From NCBI GenBank assembly GCA_036785375.1, contig JAWMAR010000136.1, positions 372,001 through 436,000 on the forward strand: DNA of 64,000 nt. The letters run 5' to 3'. Position 1 is the first letter of the stretch. The number at the start of each line of letters is the position of its first letter. Shown piece after piece: positions 54,201-60,200 of the stretch. The notes under the pieces are model-generated. The model worked only from the letters and a program-made list of their open reading frames with translations, did not search any database and was not told where the DNA came from. A program made the translations under genes and the position numbers. This DNA comes from Leucoraja ocellata. Its lineage: Eukaryota.

Positions 54201-57200
54201 TTCCCTTCGCAACTCCCAAGTTCAACAGATACATCATTAAGAACACCCATTCCCTCTTCTTACGGCACCTTCTCATATAACCGCAGGAGATGCAACACCT
54301 GACCTTTTATCTCTTCCCTTCTCAAAACCAAGGAGCCAAACTACTTGCAAAGCTTCCAATTTAGAGCAACGCATTTAGTAACCACAGTGTGGCGTTGTCT
54401 AGATTGGAGAATGCAATACAGGTCAGCTTCATTGCAATACAGGTCAACTTCATTGCAAGGGAAGCTAATCTTCCAGTCATTGTTATACTGACATTTTTTT
54501 TTTCCTCCGATTTTGTTCCAATCAAACCCAAGCAGGCGTAAAGAACAACTTCACAGCTCATGACTGGCTGTTTTAGAGCCAAAGGAATCTACACTGAATT
54601 GAAATATTGTCATCAATTTGTAGTGTTAACTCAGCTATTGTTTCTCCTTAATGTTACATTTCCAGTATTTGCTTTTATTTCACGTTTCTAGTTACAGGCA
54701 CTGGCATTGTTTTTTTTATATCACAGTTTCACGGTCCTATCCCTCTGTTCCTTCAATTTAGAACTTGCCCAGACGGATCAATCGCATTTAACAAGTATTG
54801 ATCATTTTTTGTGCTGTTTCTCAACAATATCACAGGCATTCTCTTTGTTAGGCCACCTTTGTCTCTGCTCTGCAGCTTAAACCATACTTTAAATTGACAG
54901 AATTTAATGTTAGCATTGGTGTGTTAACTCATGTACTACATTTTGAAATGTTACCATTTATTTTATTCTGTGCATATGATTATCATCCACCCGGATATTT
55001 CCTCCAGCTATTCCCAGATGCCTGATTAACTTGACATTTACATTTTTCCCCACGATAAACAAACGTACTGTAATAAATGACATGTATTAACGTGTACCTG
55101 GAGGACAAACCATCTCCGTCGCATTCCCACATTGGTCAAGGCAGTTGGAATGGGACTTGACATTTTCAGAAGTGTTGGCCTGAATTGGAGGTTGGCTGTT
55201 CCTTGCTGCACCTGGACAATAAAACCCCGCTGGACATGGGCCGGAAGGAGTACTAAGACCATTTCCGTCACAGATGTGACCAGCTACCAATTCATCAAAG
55301 AAAATGTGGTTAATAATGGAATATTTCACAAATATTCAATATTACACTGGTTGATATTTACAGTTTTTAAAGATACATAATAACCAACAATAATACTACT
55401 ATTTAATGCAGGGCCAAAGATTTGAGCATTGCAAATGAATCTTACGGTGCATCACCTCTTTAAGGATCATAACCTTCACCATGAGGTCACATGTAAAGCA
55501 GCTTCGAAAGCAGCTTTAGGATTTAACCACAGAATGATACAAAATAATATTAAAAAATTGCATAAGTGCTTGGTTAGAATACTGTAACCAATTTCAGCCC
55601 CAAAAACAGTGTTCCACAAGATATTGCTGATGTGAAATTACATCACGGTTGCAAGGGTTTCAAATGACTGCAGTGTTCAAATAAATCTCACTGAACTGAT
55701 AATAAATGTGATTTACTTTTGGTTAAATCACTTTTTTTTTTTAAATTGTAGAGCACGGCAAAAATTAATGTGGTTAAATTTCTAGGCACATATGAAGTTT
55801 ATACAGAAACAAATTCTTAAACTTATTTACGATAACCAATCCAAAACTACCGCACTTCCCTTGTGAGTCTACAGTAACCCATTGCTACTCTGATCGTTTC
55901 ACTAACCTGGACAATAAAGGCAGTCCAAGACACTGCGAGCCATTGTTCTGTTGTTATAAGTTCCATGTGGGCATGGATTTTGTGTCGCATGTGAAGTACC
56001 TCTAGGGCAATAACAACCTACATTCAATCAGCAAAGAGATAAATTCTACATTTGTTACACAACAAAATACACAATCGGGCAACACAGTGGCGAGGCGGTA
56101 GAGTTGCTGCCTTGCCGTGAAAGAGACCCGGGTTCGATCCTGACCGCATGTGCTGTCTGTGTGGAGTTTGCACGTTCTCCGTGTGACCACATGGGATCCT
56201 CTGGGTGCTCCGGTTTCCTCCCACATTCCAAAGACATGCAGGTTTGTAGGTTAATTGGTTTCTGTAAATTGCCCGTAATGTGTAGGATGCGAAAGTGGGA
56301 TCACGTGGACGGAGCGTACAGATGGTCAAAGTGGACTCAGTGGGCCCAAAGGCCTATTTCCACACTTTATCTCTAAACTAAACTATACTAAAAAGTATCT
56401 ATAGCGAAGACTTTCCTATAAGCAACCGTGCCACCATGAACCAAAGCTGGCACACTGTATAGGAGCCATTTAGTTATGATCAGCAATTTATGAATTCTGT
56501 CTAGTTGCCTTTAATTGTTATCAGCATGCTTACGTGCAGGGGTGTGACTTTCGTTGGAGCTAGGGGCTTTTCAGGTTAGTTGCAGTTTAAACCTAGATGC
56601 AATTACTTAATATTATGGCTGTATAGATAATGTTCTCAAGGCCTTGCCATGTTAGCCATAATACCCCGTGGCGACTGTGAATGGCTTTAGCTAACGCACT
56701 CACCGAGCTTCAGAGAAAATAAAATGAGTCTTCCAGTCATTGAATCTTGATTCATTGGCTTTTAATAAAGTAATACAAAGCAAAGACATAGTTCATCACA
56801 CAGGCACTGAGTTTTATCGTGCACTGAACCACATGCTGAGCTACGGATTACACATTTAAAGCAAGTTTATGATGTAATGGAACAGCAATTGAGATCGGAG
56901 TGTGATGAACCATGTATTTGCTTTGTCATCAACATCCTTAAACAAGTGCAGTCAATCAGAGATTTGTGGTCTATTAAGAGCTTTTCTTATGTCGCAATAA
57001 AAAAATGAATACCCACTCGCCACCATGAAACTGTACATTCGTTAGTTACCTTTTGGACATTTCTTCCAGTTGAGACTAGTTTGAGCAGGACAATAATGTC
57101 CTTCAGGGCATTCCTCAATCTTGCTACCATGGATACAGTAGTGTCCTGAAGGACAGATGTCACACACATCTGCTTGTGTGTATAGCATGTATGTTCCTAG

Positions 57201-60200
57201 GGGGAACAAAATATAACAATCTATATTAATCCTTGTTTCAGTGTTTTCTGGAAAAAATAAATATAGAGGGTATTCAGAGGTCCAAATAATTGAGGCACGT
57301 CATCGACAACATTGTGAAGGTAAAAGTTAATGAGCAACACAAATCTCTTGCTTTACCAAAATTTTTAAATACTTACTGCAAAAAATGTTGCTCTGGAATC
57401 ATCCCAAACATAACAGAATTAAACGGTTAACAATCTCTACTGCACCTTGGTACACCTGATAATAAAGAAACCATTGAAACCATAGACCATTAAAGTTGAG
57501 CAAAGTTCTGTCAATTCTAGGCAATAGTATTTTATCATGCAAATGTCAGTAAATCAGTCCTATTGTAATTTCCTGGTCCGGGACTTTCTGAGACCCATTG
57601 TCTACGGCAGTGATTGACCAATATTCACACAAGATGGAGAATCAATAAAACATGGATCACCGGTTGCAATTCAAATTGTGCTTCATCAGCGGCAGCCTTC
57701 ATTCAGATCTCAATGAATGGGCTAGAGTAGACTGTAGTGGGAGGGATGGGAAGAAGAGGTGATGGGGTGATAGCTACTCCTGAACTAGGGCAGCACTCAG
57801 GAAATATCGCATAAGAAATATTGCATATAAAAAAACAATTTAGAAAAAAAAAACATATCTGGTGTTAGCAGTTAGAGTTGCAAAATCTGAAGAATATAAT
57901 TGGAGTGGATCATGTTTATCAATACATCATGTACACTATGGTATCTATCACTCGGCATTGACTCCTCAGTTGAATGTGCAGTATTATCTAATTTACCAGG
58001 ATTTATTACATTAGACCAAATCTTTAATCCTGCAGTACTGTACCACTTATCTAGCATATAGCTCCCTATACTCCCATAGTAATTTCTACCCATTACAAAG
58101 ATATGCTAGAAATAATTTCTTGCCATTTCTGCATGCCAATGGTCGGTTGGAAGATGCTGGGCAATAATGCCCTGGGGGGCAGGGAGCACCCCTGGTACCA
58201 TCCAGAGGAAAGGCGCGATTGGAACCAGAGATGCAATAAAATCCCGCAGAACAGTCTCCTGAAAGAAAAACGAAGAATTTTCTGTCAATAACTTTTCCCA
58301 TGAAATTACAGATTCAATATTATTTTATGAGAAATGACAAAGAAATGATCAACTTGAAAACAAACTAACTGGTTTCACATTTCCCCATGGTTTTCATTTT
58401 CTCCTTTTATTAAATCCTCCTGGAAGATAACATGTCCTATTCTGCATTGAAACCTACTTGTTTGATATATTGTGGTTAGTCCTGTTGACTGATTTGATAA
58501 GCATATAGATATATGAATGCCATATGGGTAGAGTTAAATAGATGGAGATAGATAAAATATTTAATCATTTGAATCGTTCCACATTATCGTTCCACATTTT
58601 TTAATTGCCGCCTTAAATGGAACACGTTAAAATAGACTACTTTTTAAAATGTTTTTTCAAGACCAACTTCAGTTACATGACTAATTAAGGGCGAATACAA
58701 GATGTGCAAAGACGGAACCATTTCCCTAAAACTAGGTTTCCCCAAACCTTTTAATTCAGCGGTAGGGAAAAGGTGCTTAACTTTATAGATTTAGAAAAAC
58801 AAATTATTTTTATAAATCTTAATACACTCCCTTTTGCAATTACAGTATAAATGCTTTACCTACACTCCCTTCAAACAAATTAATCTGACAATATTAGAAA
58901 AGATTTTCTTTCCCTTTAAGTGGTTCTAGATTTAATCTGTCAAATTATTGGGGATTTGTGTATATTGATATGAACTATATAACTAGCAAGCTCACCATTT
59001 TTAATCCAACTATATACTGTGATGGAAACACATTTAGCTTTATGGCAAAAGAAAGGTTTGGATTTAAAGCCAAGTACCTGAGAAAGCCAGACATCTTGTG
59101 TGGAAATACAATGTCTTTATTTTTCTCTTGAACCTTTCTCCCTCACTTTCCAATCTTACCATAGTTTGATTAATTTTGGAATTGCTAGGGTTTCCAAAAT
59201 ATATGGGTGAACTCAAAGAGATAACCATATAACCATATAACAATTACAGCACGGAAACAGGCCATCTCGGCCCTTCTAGTCCGTGCTGAACACGTATTCA
59301 CCCCTAGTCCCATCTACCTGCACTCAGACCATAACCCTCCATTCCTTTCCCGTCCATATAACTATCCAATTTAATTTTAAATGATAAAATCGAACTTGCC
59401 TCCACCACCTTCACTGGAAGCTCATTCCACACAGCTACCACTCTCTGAGTAAAGAAGTTCCCCCTCATCTTACCCCTAAACTTCTGTCCCTTAATCCCTT
59501 TCATAACATATGAAAGACCATAATGATCTGGGCTGTGAGATTTTGTACTAATCTCTCACTTTTGAACAGTCTTTTTCTTTTCAGTGTCTTGTATCATTTA
59601 AGTATAGTTTACATTTTATACCTGTACCTCACCATATTTGTGCATAAAGCAATAAACTTGACTCAACTGACAACTGGGTCCACTGATCATTATTTATTTG
59701 GTAGAAAAAAATGCTGGAGAAACTCAGCGGGTTAGGCAGCATTTATGGAGCGAAGGAATAGGTGATGTTTTGGGTCGAGACCCTTCATCAGTCTGAAAAA
59801 GGGTTTCGACCTGAAACGTCACCTATTCCTTCGCTCTATAGATGCTGCCTCACCCACTGAGTTTCTCCAGCATTTTTGTCTACCTTCGATTTTTCCCGCA
59901 TCTGCAGTTCTTTCTTAAACATTATTTACTTGGTGCCCAGCATGCTTTGTTACCAGGTCAATTATTTGTTACATTTTGAATGCCATGTTATTTGATTAAA
60001 TTAACAGGATTCAATTATGCAAGTTACTGATAAATACATGTTAAATTGCCACTGCCTATTTAGGATGGGGGATTTGACATATTTAATATACTATTAAAGT
60101 GTCAAAGCAAATCCTTACCCGAAACATTACTCAGTCCCTGACCTTCACAGTACTTTCCTCCTGGACAAGGAAGACATTCATTTCTGGAGGCCATACCCAA

